Source of the DNA: Syntrophorhabdaceae bacterium
GTDB taxonomy: Bacteria > Desulfobacterota > Syntrophorhabdia > Syntrophorhabdales > Syntrophorhabdaceae
NCBI GenBank assembly: GCA_963665295.1
Contig: OY762209.1
Location: forward strand, 4,704,001 to 4,768,000
Length of the DNA: 64,000 bases
Direction: 5' to 3'
Shown: positions 9,226 through 18,057 of the stretch, in pieces
How positions within the stretch are numbered: the first letter of the stretch is position 1
Layout of the letters: each line of letters starts with the position of its first letter
Translations under genes and position numbers: made by a program
Notes under the pieces: generated by a model
Database searches by the model: none
Seen by the model: only the letters and a program-made list of their open reading frames with translations
Told to the model about the DNA's origin: nothing

Positions 9226-10659
9226 TCAGCTGGAACAATTCATGGGTGATTTCGTGAGTATCCTGTTCAAAGGCCGCGTGACAAAATACTCAAGAAGGTA
9301 TTTGTTCAATCCCTTTTCGGGATTCGCGCCTATGCATTCTCCCCTTATAAAAGGAAGAAAAGGACAGCTCCAGCCGGAAAGATCCGCTTCTTCCCCCTTT
9401 GCCCTCTCCATCACGCTATCATAGAGATCGGCGGTCCAATTGTTGTAACTTCCGCATTGGCCGTCCATCAATCTCTCCCAAAAACCTTCATCGAATGTCC
9501 CGAAATGCATCTTTGTTCCTGCAAACCGCTGGCAGGGATAGATGACGCCGTCCGCGGAAAAAACCAATTGTTTTATCCCGGCGGGACATGAAAAATGGGC
9601 GCCTGTGATCATCTGAACAACGGCAAATTTCCACTCGCCATCAAACTCAATGCCGTACTTTTCCGTTGCCAGGTCCATCCTTTTTATGGCTTCGAACTTT
9701 TCCGATTCAGTCAGCTCCATTCGCAACTCGTCCTCGGAATGGCCACAGAAGATGTTCGCGGTAATGCTCTTAACTCCGATGGCGTTCATCTCATCCACAA
9801 ACTTCTCAATGTTCGTAAAATTCAGCTTGCTCAAGACCGTCAAAACACCGCAACCGACACCGGTGGCAATTATCCTCTTCAGGTTTTCGACGACCCTGTC
9901 ATATGTGCCTTTGCCGCAGGGATCTACTCTTCTTTTGTCGTTGTCTTCCCTGATGCCGTCAAGGCTGACCATAATCCCGAGTCTCAACCTGTTCTCTTCC
10001 ATCCACCTGTATATTTCCTCATTCAGGCTAAAAGCATTTGTGTGTATTCTAAATGAAGTCCTTATACCATACTCGTCGCCCATGCGGCACGCCTGGTCGT
10101 AAATCTTCCTCAACGTTTCAAAATTCAATAAAGGTTCGTAGCCAAGAAAGGATATGAGCAACCCGGGAATCCCCCTCTTCTTCAGGTAAGGGAACAATCC
10201 CTCCAGGATCCGGCCCGCAAAGTCGGCGGTCATATTGGCGCTCTTAAAATCGAAGAAGTTGTGGTAGCACCCCTTGCACGCCAGATTGCATTTGGCGGAA
10301 GTAAGAAAGGTAACCTTGGAGACTCTTGGAATCCTATTGTTGCTTCTCACTGTCTCAACATATTCCGAAAATATGTCTTTCCCTGCCTTATCTTCCTCTA
10401 TGAGAAACCGTTTTTCATACAGTTCCTGAATCAAGGCCGAAGGCTCACACCCGCACACCTCCGACACCTTGTCCATCGCATCTTCGGGGTTAACCCAGGA
10501 GTCAAACAGGTTCAGGACTTCGCTGATATCAAAATCGAAAGACGTGAGATTGCCATGCAGTTTACTATAGACCCTTACTTCTCTATCGTTTAGTCGGTTC
10601 ACGACCAAAAAAGGTGATTTCTTTAGTGAAACGCCTGGTTGCAGACCTTTTGGACGCAT
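9226..10659 (-). CDS. radical SAM protein with SPASM/Twitch domain and N-terminal wHTH/RRE-like region
   Basis: CNLACKGCY; SLDG; CPAG...DGVIYPC. Confidence 0.88.
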   Translation of the reverse strand: MRPKGLQPGVSLKKSPFLVVNRLNDREVRVYSKLHGNLTSFDFDISEVLNLFDSWVNPEDAMDKVSEVCGCEPSALIQELYEKRFLIEEDKAGKDIFSEYVETVRSNNRIPRVSKVTFLTSAKCNLACKGCYHNFFDFKSANMTADFAGRILEGLFPYLKKRGIPGLLISFLGYEPLLNFETLRKIYDQACRMGDEYGIRTSFRIHTNAFSLNEEIYRWMEENRLRLGIMVSLDGIREDNDKRRVDPCGKGTYDRVVENLKRIIATGVGCGVLTVLSKLNFTNIEKFVDEMNAIGVKSITANIFCGHSEDELRMELTESEKFEAIKRMDLATEKYGIEFDGEWKFAVVQMITGAHFSCPAGIKQLVFSADGVIYPCQRFAGTKMHFGTFDEGFWERLMDGQCGSYNNWTADLYDSVMERAKGEEADLSGWSCPFLPFIRGECIGANPEKGLNKYLLEYFVTRPLNRILTKSPMNCSS

Positions 10660-10925
10660 TTGCAGTCTCCCGTAGCTTTAATGGTTTACTGACTGTCCGC
10701 CTGACAAAGGGACTTTTTCAACCTGTTTGTTCGTTTGGCGACCCTTTCGGATCATCGGTTCCACCACAAAAAAGTATGCTCCGCCGATGTTACCAGGCAT
10801 GATGCGAGGCGTAAGGCCGTACTGAAGTGATGCGTTCATCTCTTGCCGGCAAACCAACGAGGGCATTGACACTGCCGCCCGATCCAACGTCCGAGGATCG
10901 TTCCGCTACCTCCAAAAAATATCTG

Positions 10926-12173
10926 CTATATCTCGTCATGATGAATCAACTGAATTGCTACTTTTTCACCCGCCTTTATCCTCGTGGTCTCTTCCGGAAT
11001 GATAATCAGGCAGTTCGCATCGCTCATCGAACGAAGCACGCATGAGTTTTGATTACCCGTGGTCGAAACATAAAAATCATTATCCCTGATCGCAAAATAG
11101 CCCCTCATAAAATGGACCTTACCTGCAGGCTTCTTGATATCCTCTTCAAGGAATGCGTTCACAACCGGCTTCCTAAGCCTTCTTGCGCCCATCAGTCCGA
11201 GCAAGGCCGGTCTGACAAATTGAATAAACGACGTAAGGGTGGAAACGGGATTTCCCGGCAGACCGAAAATCAGTTTGTTGCCCTTCTTCCCGAATGTGCA
11301 CGGCCTCCCCGGTTTCACTTTGATCCATTCGAACTGTATCTCGATATCAAGATCACCGTAACTTTCTTTAACGAAGTCGTACTTCCCCATGGATACACCC
11401 CCCGTGGATATGACCACGTCGGATTTCAGGGCCCTTAGAAATATCTCCTTCGTATCCTCCAGGGTATCTTTGGCAATCCCCAGATAATCAGGGGTGATGC
11501 CATATTTTCCTATTTCGGAATACAACGTATAGGCATTGACGTTTCTGATCTGACCGTTTTGGATTTCTTCGCCCATATCAGCCAGCTCATCACCAGTGGA
11601 GATAATTGAAACGGTCGGCCGTTTATACACCTTTACGGGATTGTGATTCAGGGATGCAAGAATACCCACGTCGGCGGATCTCAGGCGATCCCCCTTCAGC
11701 AGCACCCTGTCACCTTTCTTTATGTTCTCTCCTGCTGACCTGCAATTCTTGTATTTGGCCATTTCGGCAAATATCTTTGCATAACCGGCTTCTTCTTCAG
11801 TGTCTTCAAAGGGGATTACCGAATCAGCGCCCTCCGGTAAGGGAGCACCGGTCATTATTCTTATTGCCGTTCCTTTTGAGACCTGTTTGCCGGCACTGGA
11901 ACCGCCTGCCTGCACTTCTCCCACAATTCGAAGTCTTACGGGTTCTTCTCTTGACGCCCCCCGCGTGTCATTTGCGATTACCGCATAACCGTCCATGGCG
12001 GAATCATCCACGGGAGGTATCATCGTGTCCGATACGATATCCTCGTATAAGACACGATTGAATGCTTCCATAATAGAAACATCTTCAAATCCAAGAGGGC
12101 TGACGGCATTCAGGATGATCTCTTGAGCTTCCTCGACGGACACCGTTAGATTTCTATTTCTCATCATAAACAA
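10926..12173 (-). CDS. moeA: molybdopterin/tungstopterin metal insertase
   Basis: SAMDGYAV, IMTGAPLPEGAD, STGDEL, TGGVSMG, KPGRP, GLPGNPVS. Confidence 0.95.
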   Translation of the reverse strand: MFMMRNRNLTVSVEEAQEIILNAVSPLGFEDVSIMEAFNRVLYEDIVSDTMIPPVDDSAMDGYAVIANDTRGASREEPVRLRIVGEVQAGGSSAGKQVSKGTAIRIMTGAPLPEGADSVIPFEDTEEEAGYAKIFAEMAKYKNCRSAGENIKKGDRVLLKGDRLRSADVGILASLNHNPVKVYKRPTVSIISTGDELADMGEEIQNGQIRNVNAYTLYSEIGKYGITPDYLGIAKDTLEDTKEIFLRALKSDVVISTGGVSMGKYDFVKESYGDLDIEIQFEWIKVKPGRPCTFGKKGNKLIFGLPGNPVSTLTSFIQFVRPALLGLMGARRLRKPVVNAFLEEDIKKPAGKVHFMRGYFAIRDNDFYVSTTGNQNSCVLRSMSDANCLIIIPEETTRIKAGEKVAIQLIHHDEI

Positions 12174-12211
12174 TATGTATGGGACTCAATTTGGTCCTTT
12201 ATTGTATCATA

Positions 12212-12237
12212 AGACGGTTTAAAAAGAAATATTTTCT
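12212..12237 (-). promoter_or_regulatory. ECF-type promoter motif copy upstream of moeA
   Basis: AGAA-N16-CCGTCT-TATGATA; the overlapping TATGAT could instead be a sigma70 -10. Confidence 0.5.
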
Positions 12238-12470
12238 TCGTTTTGGTCGCTTATTAGTTCTATTTGTCACAAACATAGGTCATAATACCCTTTTTTTGCC
12301 TCATGGTCATCGGGTTCAATCTTTGATATGTGAAAATATGCACAGCCTGTTTTGGCAAAAGTCACATAATAACCGATTCACGATTGAACGAACCATTATG
12401 GCCGATGCAATGGGTAAAAAAACCGTTAAAAGAGAATGGCAGGTCTAGGCCGCGCACAGGGCCTTGTGCC

Positions 12471-12515
12471 CGACTTTTTTGTCGCACCTCCCTTCCCGGA
12501 ACGACAAAAATGTGG
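12471..12515. promoter_or_regulatory. tandem palindromes, putative enhancer-binding protein sites
   Basis: CGAC-TTTTTT-GTCG (12471-12484) and CGAC-AAAAAT-GTGG (12502-12515), 31 bp apart, upstream of a sigma54 site. Confidence 0.5.
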
Positions 12516-12577
12516 GCGCCTCAAGGCGGCCACTTTTGTTTACCGCATTATTTCAATGTCTTACATGGCAGATCGAG

Positions 12578-12593
12578 AGGCACGGATATTGCT
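12578..12593 (+). promoter_or_regulatory. sigma54 (-24/-12) promoter
   Basis: aGGCACG-GATA-TTGCT. Confidence 0.7.
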
Positions 12594-12657
12594 TTTATAA
12601 TCCATGAGGCCTGAAGGCAACAGGAACATGGGCCACAACATTGGAATGGAGGGATTT

Positions 12658-12792
12658 ATGAAGAGACTTATCCTGGCACTTATTGCGCTCACCCTGTTCA
12701 CGGGATGCGCGGTTGTTCCCCTCGGCCATTATAGAGGACACGGGCCATCATACCATCATTACAACTCGCACGGCTACCACCGTGGCTACTGA
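12658..12792 (+). CDS. small His/Tyr/Gly-rich lipoprotein (44 aa)
   Basis: GGAGG RBS; MKRLILALIALTLFTG-C lipobox; mature part HYRGHGPSYHHYNSHGYHRGY. Confidence 0.7.
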   Translation: MKRLILALIALTLFTGCAVVPLGHYRGHGPSYHHYNSHGYHRGY

Positions 12793-13054
12793 TGTGGGGG
12801 ATCGACCGGCATAGCGCCTGCAAACGCCTGCCGGTCCCATGTCTCCTTATTCCTTTTTCCCGTACATCGACAATTGACGATCACCGGGGATTGTTCAAAA
12901 TGCCAGGATAACTAAAATGTGAGGAAAGGGCCCGGGATTGGGCCTGTTACGCCCTACCTGCTATCCAAGAAGGCGGGTAGCTTCTGCGGGGCCACAAACA
13001 ACCTCGTAATGGATGGATGCGAAGGTCAGGACCCGGATCGATCTGCCCCATATA

Positions 13055-14668
13055 TTACAGGCTTGCATAGATCTTCAACTGCTGCCGCGGATAAATCTGT
13101 GCCTTTTCAATGTTGTTCCACCTCATCACGTCCTTCGGGTATACATTGAACTTGTCCGATATCCCCGCCAGACTGTCACCTTTCTTTACCATGTATATAA
13201 GGGGCTTCTTCGCCTGAGTCCGGTAGACCGTGAGCGTCCGGCCTTCTCTTATGTCCAGTCCGTTCTTCAACCCGTTTCCTGCAATCACGTCCTTGGGCCT
13301 AACCCTGAAGCTCTGGCATATCTCCGTTATCGTATCCCCTTTCTTCACCTTGTAGACTACCGTATCCATAGCAACGGGCGGATATACCTTCAGTTTCTGC
13401 CCCAACACGACCCTCTGGTCCTTCATTTTGTTCCACTTCCTGATATCGTCCTTATCCACCTGGAACATGTCCGCCACCGTGGAAAGGCTATTGTTCTTCT
13501 TAACAACATAGATGAGGGGTTTTACCTCGGGCGTCTTTGTTCTTGCCGACGCCGCCACGCCTTTTCCTTTACTCACACCCTTGTGGACCGCTTCCGGAGA
13601 CCGGCGAGGCTCCCCCGCCCCCATGTCAGGCTCCGGCGACCTGTAACCGGCGAAAGCGGCGCTGATCTCAAGGATTTCATTTTGGTTTTCAAACCTTCGG
13701 AACCCGAACACCTCGGGATTGCTCCCAATCACTGCGGCAGCGATGACCTTGGGAGGATATTCCCTCGTTTCCTTTGCAAGACAGGTGCGAATGTGCCAGA
13801 AAGTTCTTTCTTCCATGGGATTGTCTATCCGTTTGAGGCACGATATGATCCTCCCTTCGCCGCAGTTATAGGCGGCGAGAGCAAGAAGAAAAGACCTCGG
13901 ACCGAAGATGGCGATCAGGTCGTGAAAGTATTCGACAGCGGCAAAGGTTGATTTTACCGGGTCCAGCCTGTCGTCAACACGGTCGGACACGCGAAGCGAA
14001 TACCTTTTGGCCGTACCCGACATGAACTGCCACATACCTACGGCCCCTGCATGGCTGCGGGCATTGGGGTTGAAACCCGATTCAAGGAACGCGATAAATG
14101 CCATGTCTTCCGGTATGTTCCTCTTTTTGAAGACCTCCTTCACGGCAGGCATATATCCTGCCGACCTTCTAAGGGAACTGTTCATGAACCGCCTGTACTG
14201 GTCGTTCGTCTGAAAGGCCTTCACGTAGAGCTTCACCTCGTTGAGAAAAACCGTTTCCACTTTATCGTCCTTTTCTCCGAACTCGCCGAGAAGCCGCTTA
14301 AGTTCCCGCTCAATCAGAGCGTCATGGCCCACCGTGGTGGCCCTGCCCAGGGAGCGTTCGTCAATCTGAATGCGGGGAAGGTCCCGGAAAGGGATATTGT
14401 CTTCCCTGCCGGCGAGGCCCGTCTGACTGCTCTTCCCATTGGCCACAGTCCTTTCCCCGGCAGGGCGGGCCATATCTTCCACACTGATCCTGTTCTCGCC
14501 CTGGCCGGAAGATACGGGACCCTTCAGTGCGTCTTCATGGGCCGACGCGACGGGCGCCTCACGCCTCCCCTGAACGCCGCTTACATAGGACATGGAGGTG
14601 CATGAGGCGCAGAGAACCACGAGTACTGCCGCGAAAGACAGCGTAATCACCTGTTTTGTTTTTTTCAT
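13055..14668 (-). CDS. mltD: MltD-like lytic transglycosylase lipoprotein with 3 LysM domains
   Basis: Lipobox LCASC; SLT motifs ESGFNP, AVGMWQFM, AAYNCG; YxVKKGD LysM repeats; start re-placed at ATG 14668. Confidence 0.88.
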   Translation of the reverse strand: MKKTKQVITLSFAAVLVVLCASCTSMSYVSGVQGRREAPVASAHEDALKGPVSSGQGENRISVEDMARPAGERTVANGKSSQTGLAGREDNIPFRDLPRIQIDERSLGRATTVGHDALIERELKRLLGEFGEKDDKVETVFLNEVKLYVKAFQTNDQYRRFMNSSLRRSAGYMPAVKEVFKKRNIPEDMAFIAFLESGFNPNARSHAGAVGMWQFMSGTAKRYSLRVSDRVDDRLDPVKSTFAAVEYFHDLIAIFGPRSFLLALAAYNCGEGRIISCLKRIDNPMEERTFWHIRTCLAKETREYPPKVIAAAVIGSNPEVFGFRRFENQNEILEISAAFAGYRSPEPDMGAGEPRRSPEAVHKGVSKGKGVAASARTKTPEVKPLIYVVKKNNSLSTVADMFQVDKDDIRKWNKMKDQRVVLGQKLKVYPPVAMDTVVYKVKKGDTITEICQSFRVRPKDVIAGNGLKNGLDIREGRTLTVYRTQAKKPLIYMVKKGDSLAGISDKFNVYPKDVMRWNNIEKAQIYPRQQLKIYASL

Positions 14669-14736
14669 CCGGACCTCCCGCCCGGTCGTTTTCTCCCGCG
14701 AGGGGGTGCAATTCGGCATATCGGGCTATATAATAA

Positions 14737-14761
14737 AGACGGATGTGGACACCGTTTTTCT
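14737..14761 (-). promoter_or_regulatory. ECF-type promoter motif upstream of mltD
   Basis: AGAA-N15-CCGTCT-TTATTATA. Confidence 0.75.
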
Positions 14762-14781
14762 CACTCCCTTCCCCGGCTGGC

Positions 14782-16551
14782 CTACGGTGGGCCGCCGGTC
14801 CTGCCGTCAAGACCCGTGAGCGCCCTCGCGAGCACGTCTACAGCCATGGGGGCCGCCACTTCGCCCCCCTTGCCCTTGTTCTCTGCAATGACCGCAATGG
14901 CAAGGCGAGGATTACCGGCCGGGGCAAATCCGATGAACCACGAATGTGCCTTTTCGTCTCTTCCTGTCTCCGCCGTCCCGGTCTTTCCTGCCACGTGGAC
15001 TGCAACGGCACGGGGACCCGTTGGTTCCGTGGTATACCTTCCATTTTCGAAGTAGAGCTTCTTCACGTGTTTTCCCGTGCCTTCGAGCATAACCCTTTCC
15101 ATGAGGTTTCTCGCGGTTTTTGCGGTCGCCTCGCCTAGCGCCCTGTCCTTCATCACCACTGGACCGCCGGAGACCATCATTCTTTCCCCCCTTGCCGTCC
15201 TTATCTGACGCACCACATAGGGGTTCAGGACCCTGCCCCCGTTTGCCACGGTGGCCGCTACCATGGCCATCTGGAGCGGGGTCGCGGCTACAAGGTTCTG
15301 TCCTATGGAGCACTGGGCCACTATTCCCTTGTTCCTCGTAAAATCACGTTTCGTAAACGTGCGGAGCGTCTTCGTCCCCTCCTTGTTTTCATAGTAAGAG
15401 AAGGCAAGGCTCCTGGTGGCCTCGTATTTGTGTCCCTCTATCTGAGGGACCAGGTTCACGGGGTTGTTAAACCCCAACTTCACCGCATAGTCATACAACG
15501 CAGGCCCCATGGAAACCCCGATTTCACTGAAGAACGGATTGCATGACTGAATAAAGCCCTTTTCCAGGGTTACCGTGCCATGGCCGTGTTCTTTGTACTC
15601 GTCGGCAATATTATACTGATTCCTCCTTCCGTTGCAGAGGATGGAGAAATCCCGGCGCCCTTCATTTCCGTGGCCTGTATCGAGCCACGTAAGCATAACC
15701 ACGGTCTTGAAGGTGGACCCCAGGGGATAAAGCACGGAGAATGCCCTGTTTTCATAGAGCTTATCCTCCGTGTCCCTGACCACCCTGTCCCACATATGCC
15801 TGTCTCGGGTGTTGGGGTCATAGGAAGGGGCGCTCACCGCGGCGATCACCTCTCCTGTTTTTACGTCCATCACCACAATGGCGCCCTTCATTTTACCCAT
15901 GAGTTCGTAACCGTATCTCTGGAGTCCGCTGTCTATGGTGAGAAACACGTCGTCCCCGAGGACTATTCGCTTAAAAGGATTGCTCATGTCATGATATATG
16001 GGGTTATGTGCCCGTCCGGCCAGATAGGGATCCAACTCCTTCTCGAGGTTACGCACGCCGTAAACGGCATTAAAATGGCCTATGAGGGGAGAAAATTCCG
16101 GGCCGTAGGCATATTCCCTCTTCGTGGGAAAAAACTTGTCGTTAATCACCGTTTTGGTGAGAGGCACACCGCTGCGGTCAAAAAACGAGCCCCGCCATAC
16201 GATCTCCTCCTTCTTGGGGTTCGCCTTCGCGCAGAATTGAGTGTTGAACACCACCTTCCCGTCGGCCCCGAATAGTGCCCCCGAATTGATTGCCTGCCTG
16301 ACCTTTTCCGCCGTATCCCTGCTCAGCTTTCTCCGGCCCATGGCATCCTCGTCTATCCCTACCAGGCGACCGTTTACCACAAATACTCCATCACTCTCAA
16401 GGCCGGCCACGACCTCAACGAACCTCTTGTCTACGTACCGCGATGTAGCGTATTTCTTATTGTTGACGACCATACGGTCGAAAAGGAGGTATGCGACGAA
16501 AAGACCGCTGACGACCAATACGAGGGCAACGATCTTCATTCTGCCGTTCAT
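14782..16551 (-). CDS. class B penicillin-binding transpeptidase, PbpA-like
   Basis: N-terminal TM, RGSFFDRSG, SxxK (STFK), SCN, KTGT. Confidence 0.92.
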   Translation of the reverse strand: MNGRMKIVALVLVVSGLFVAYLLFDRMVVNNKKYATSRYVDKRFVEVVAGLESDGVFVVNGRLVGIDEDAMGRRKLSRDTAEKVRQAINSGALFGADGKVVFNTQFCAKANPKKEEIVWRGSFFDRSGVPLTKTVINDKFFPTKREYAYGPEFSPLIGHFNAVYGVRNLEKELDPYLAGRAHNPIYHDMSNPFKRIVLGDDVFLTIDSGLQRYGYELMGKMKGAIVVMDVKTGEVIAAVSAPSYDPNTRDRHMWDRVVRDTEDKLYENRAFSVLYPLGSTFKTVVMLTWLDTGHGNEGRRDFSILCNGRRNQYNIADEYKEHGHGTVTLEKGFIQSCNPFFSEIGVSMGPALYDYAVKLGFNNPVNLVPQIEGHKYEATRSLAFSYYENKEGTKTLRTFTKRDFTRNKGIVAQCSIGQNLVAATPLQMAMVAATVANGGRVLNPYVVRQIRTARGERMMVSGGPVVMKDRALGEATAKTARNLMERVMLEGTGKHVKKLYFENGRYTTEPTGPRAVAVHVAGKTGTAETGRDEKAHSWFIGFAPAGNPRLAIAVIAENKGKGGEVAAPMAVDVLARALTGLDGRTGGPP

Positions 16552-17927
16552 CGTTCCTCCCCCGAAACCCGTATCGCTATTCCGGCCATTATGAAGCTTA
16601 TGACAATGGAACTGCCTCCGTAACTGCAGAAGGGCAGGGTAATTCCCGTGAGAGGGATTCCGTTCAGGTTTCCCGCGAGGATAATGAAGGACTGCACTGC
16701 GATCATGAGTGCGACGCCGACAGCGAGCATCCTCTTGTAGACATTGTTGTTCCTGAAGGCCCCGAGGATAATCCTGTGGAGTAGGACGGCGTATGCAAAG
16801 AGGAGGGAAAGACCCCCCATAAGACCCATTTCTTCACAGATAGCGGCAAAATTGAAATCGGACTGCACCTCAGGTATCCTGTGGGCAAGTCCGAAGCCGA
16901 TCCCATTCCCGAATATACCCCCTGTCGAGATGGACCACAAAACCGTTGTTATAGCCTCCCCTCTGCCGAAGGGATCGAGGAACATGTCTACCCTTTGCCT
17001 CAGGACGTGGGGAAAGTTCATCGTGTAACACGCCCAGCCCACGAAGGCAATGGCGGAAGCGACAAGGAGGGTAATATAGATCTTGTTACCTGCAAGGTGA
17101 AGCATTATAAAACAGACGACAAAGAGGAGGATGGTCGCCCCATAGTCGCCCTGGAGCACGGTCGGGCCTATTGCGAAGACGCATGCGAAGGCATAGGGAA
17201 TAGTATACCTGCACCACGTGAGGAACCTGCCCCTTCCATGAAAGGTAATCCCCTTCCCCTCGTTATAGAGGTACCCCGCAATAAAGAAGAGGACAAAAAG
17301 CTTTATGGGCTCTATCACCTGAAACCCGAAGAGCCAGAGTTTTCTTCCGTTTATGGTGGTGCCGAAAAACCATGTGACCGCAAAGAGCACCAATGAACAG
17401 ACTATCCACAGGTACCGTCTGCCGGACATCCAGGCGAAGAAAGATTTGCTGAAGACCTTTGTGGTAACTACGAGGGCGAGGACCCCCGCGGCGATATTCA
17501 CGAAGTGACTCGTTCCAAGTTGGGCGAGAGTTCGCACGTTGTCGGTCACCTTTGCCGAAGGGTTCGCGCCGACAATACCCTGCAAGGCATCGCTTCTCAT
17601 GATGGCAAGGTCGGGCGCCAGGCGGAGGATCATAATGAACCCTATGCCCGATATGAATGCCACGGTCGGCAGGACATAGGGGTCCGCCCCGGGGATGGCG
17701 ACCCTCAGATGAAAATGAGCCAACATGAATACGCTCACGAAAAGGGCAAAATAAAGGGCGTTCGGAATTGGGCTCAAGATGAGGGAGACAAGGTCCATGT
17801 CGCCGGATAGGGTTTTGACGGAAAAGGGCAAACCTCTCGTCACAAGGTGGTGGTGAAGGAGAAAGAACCCTAGCCCGAGGGACGTAAAGACCAGAAGAAG
17901 GTATTTCAGCTCAAGTGTGCGCCTCAT
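16548..17927 (-). CDS. SEDS peptidoglycan glycosyltransferase (RodA/FtsW family)
   Basis: Multi-TM; QGDYG, PEVQSDFNFAAICEE, PLTGITLPFCSYGGSS; 4-nt overlap with the PBP gene. Confidence 0.92.
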   Translation of the reverse strand: MRRTLELKYLLLVFTSLGLGFFLLHHHLVTRGLPFSVKTLSGDMDLVSLILSPIPNALYFALFVSVFMLAHFHLRVAIPGADPYVLPTVAFISGIGFIMILRLAPDLAIMRSDALQGIVGANPSAKVTDNVRTLAQLGTSHFVNIAAGVLALVVTTKVFSKSFFAWMSGRRYLWIVCSLVLFAVTWFFGTTINGRKLWLFGFQVIEPIKLFVLFFIAGYLYNEGKGITFHGRGRFLTWCRYTIPYAFACVFAIGPTVLQGDYGATILLFVVCFIMLHLAGNKIYITLLVASAIAFVGWACYTMNFPHVLRQRVDMFLDPFGRGEAITTVLWSISTGGIFGNGIGFGLAHRIPEVQSDFNFAAICEEMGLMGGLSLLFAYAVLLHRIILGAFRNNNVYKRMLAVGVALMIAVQSFIILAGNLNGIPLTGITLPFCSYGGSSIVISFIMAGIAIRVSGEER

Positions 17928-17953
17928 TGCTCTCCTTATTGTTTTATATAGGT

Positions 17954-17978
17954 AGACGGATAAACCCCGAAAACTTCT
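17954..17978 (-). promoter_or_regulatory. ECF-type promoter motif upstream of rodA-pbpA
   Basis: AGAA-N15-CCGTCT-ACCTATATA. Confidence 0.72.
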
Positions 17979-18057
17979 TGGTCCCGTGTCTCTTTTTCAG
18001 CCGGATTCAAAGGAAATGTGAAGGAATTGCGTGTTACGTCCCGGGTGGGATTTCTCT

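Noticed and set aside
10705..10730. IS-end-like word CAGGTTGAAAAAGTCCC
   Set aside because: No partner inverted repeat, target duplication or transposase seen
10678..10887. 69-aa ORF as radical SAM precursor peptide
   Set aside because: No RBS-start pairing, no leader/core pattern; the nearby GGAGGT has no suitably placed start codon
12919..13040. RNase P- or SRP-like words (GAGGAAAG, GTCAGGACCCGG)
   Set aside because: Remaining conserved elements are missing and the region is too short for RNase P
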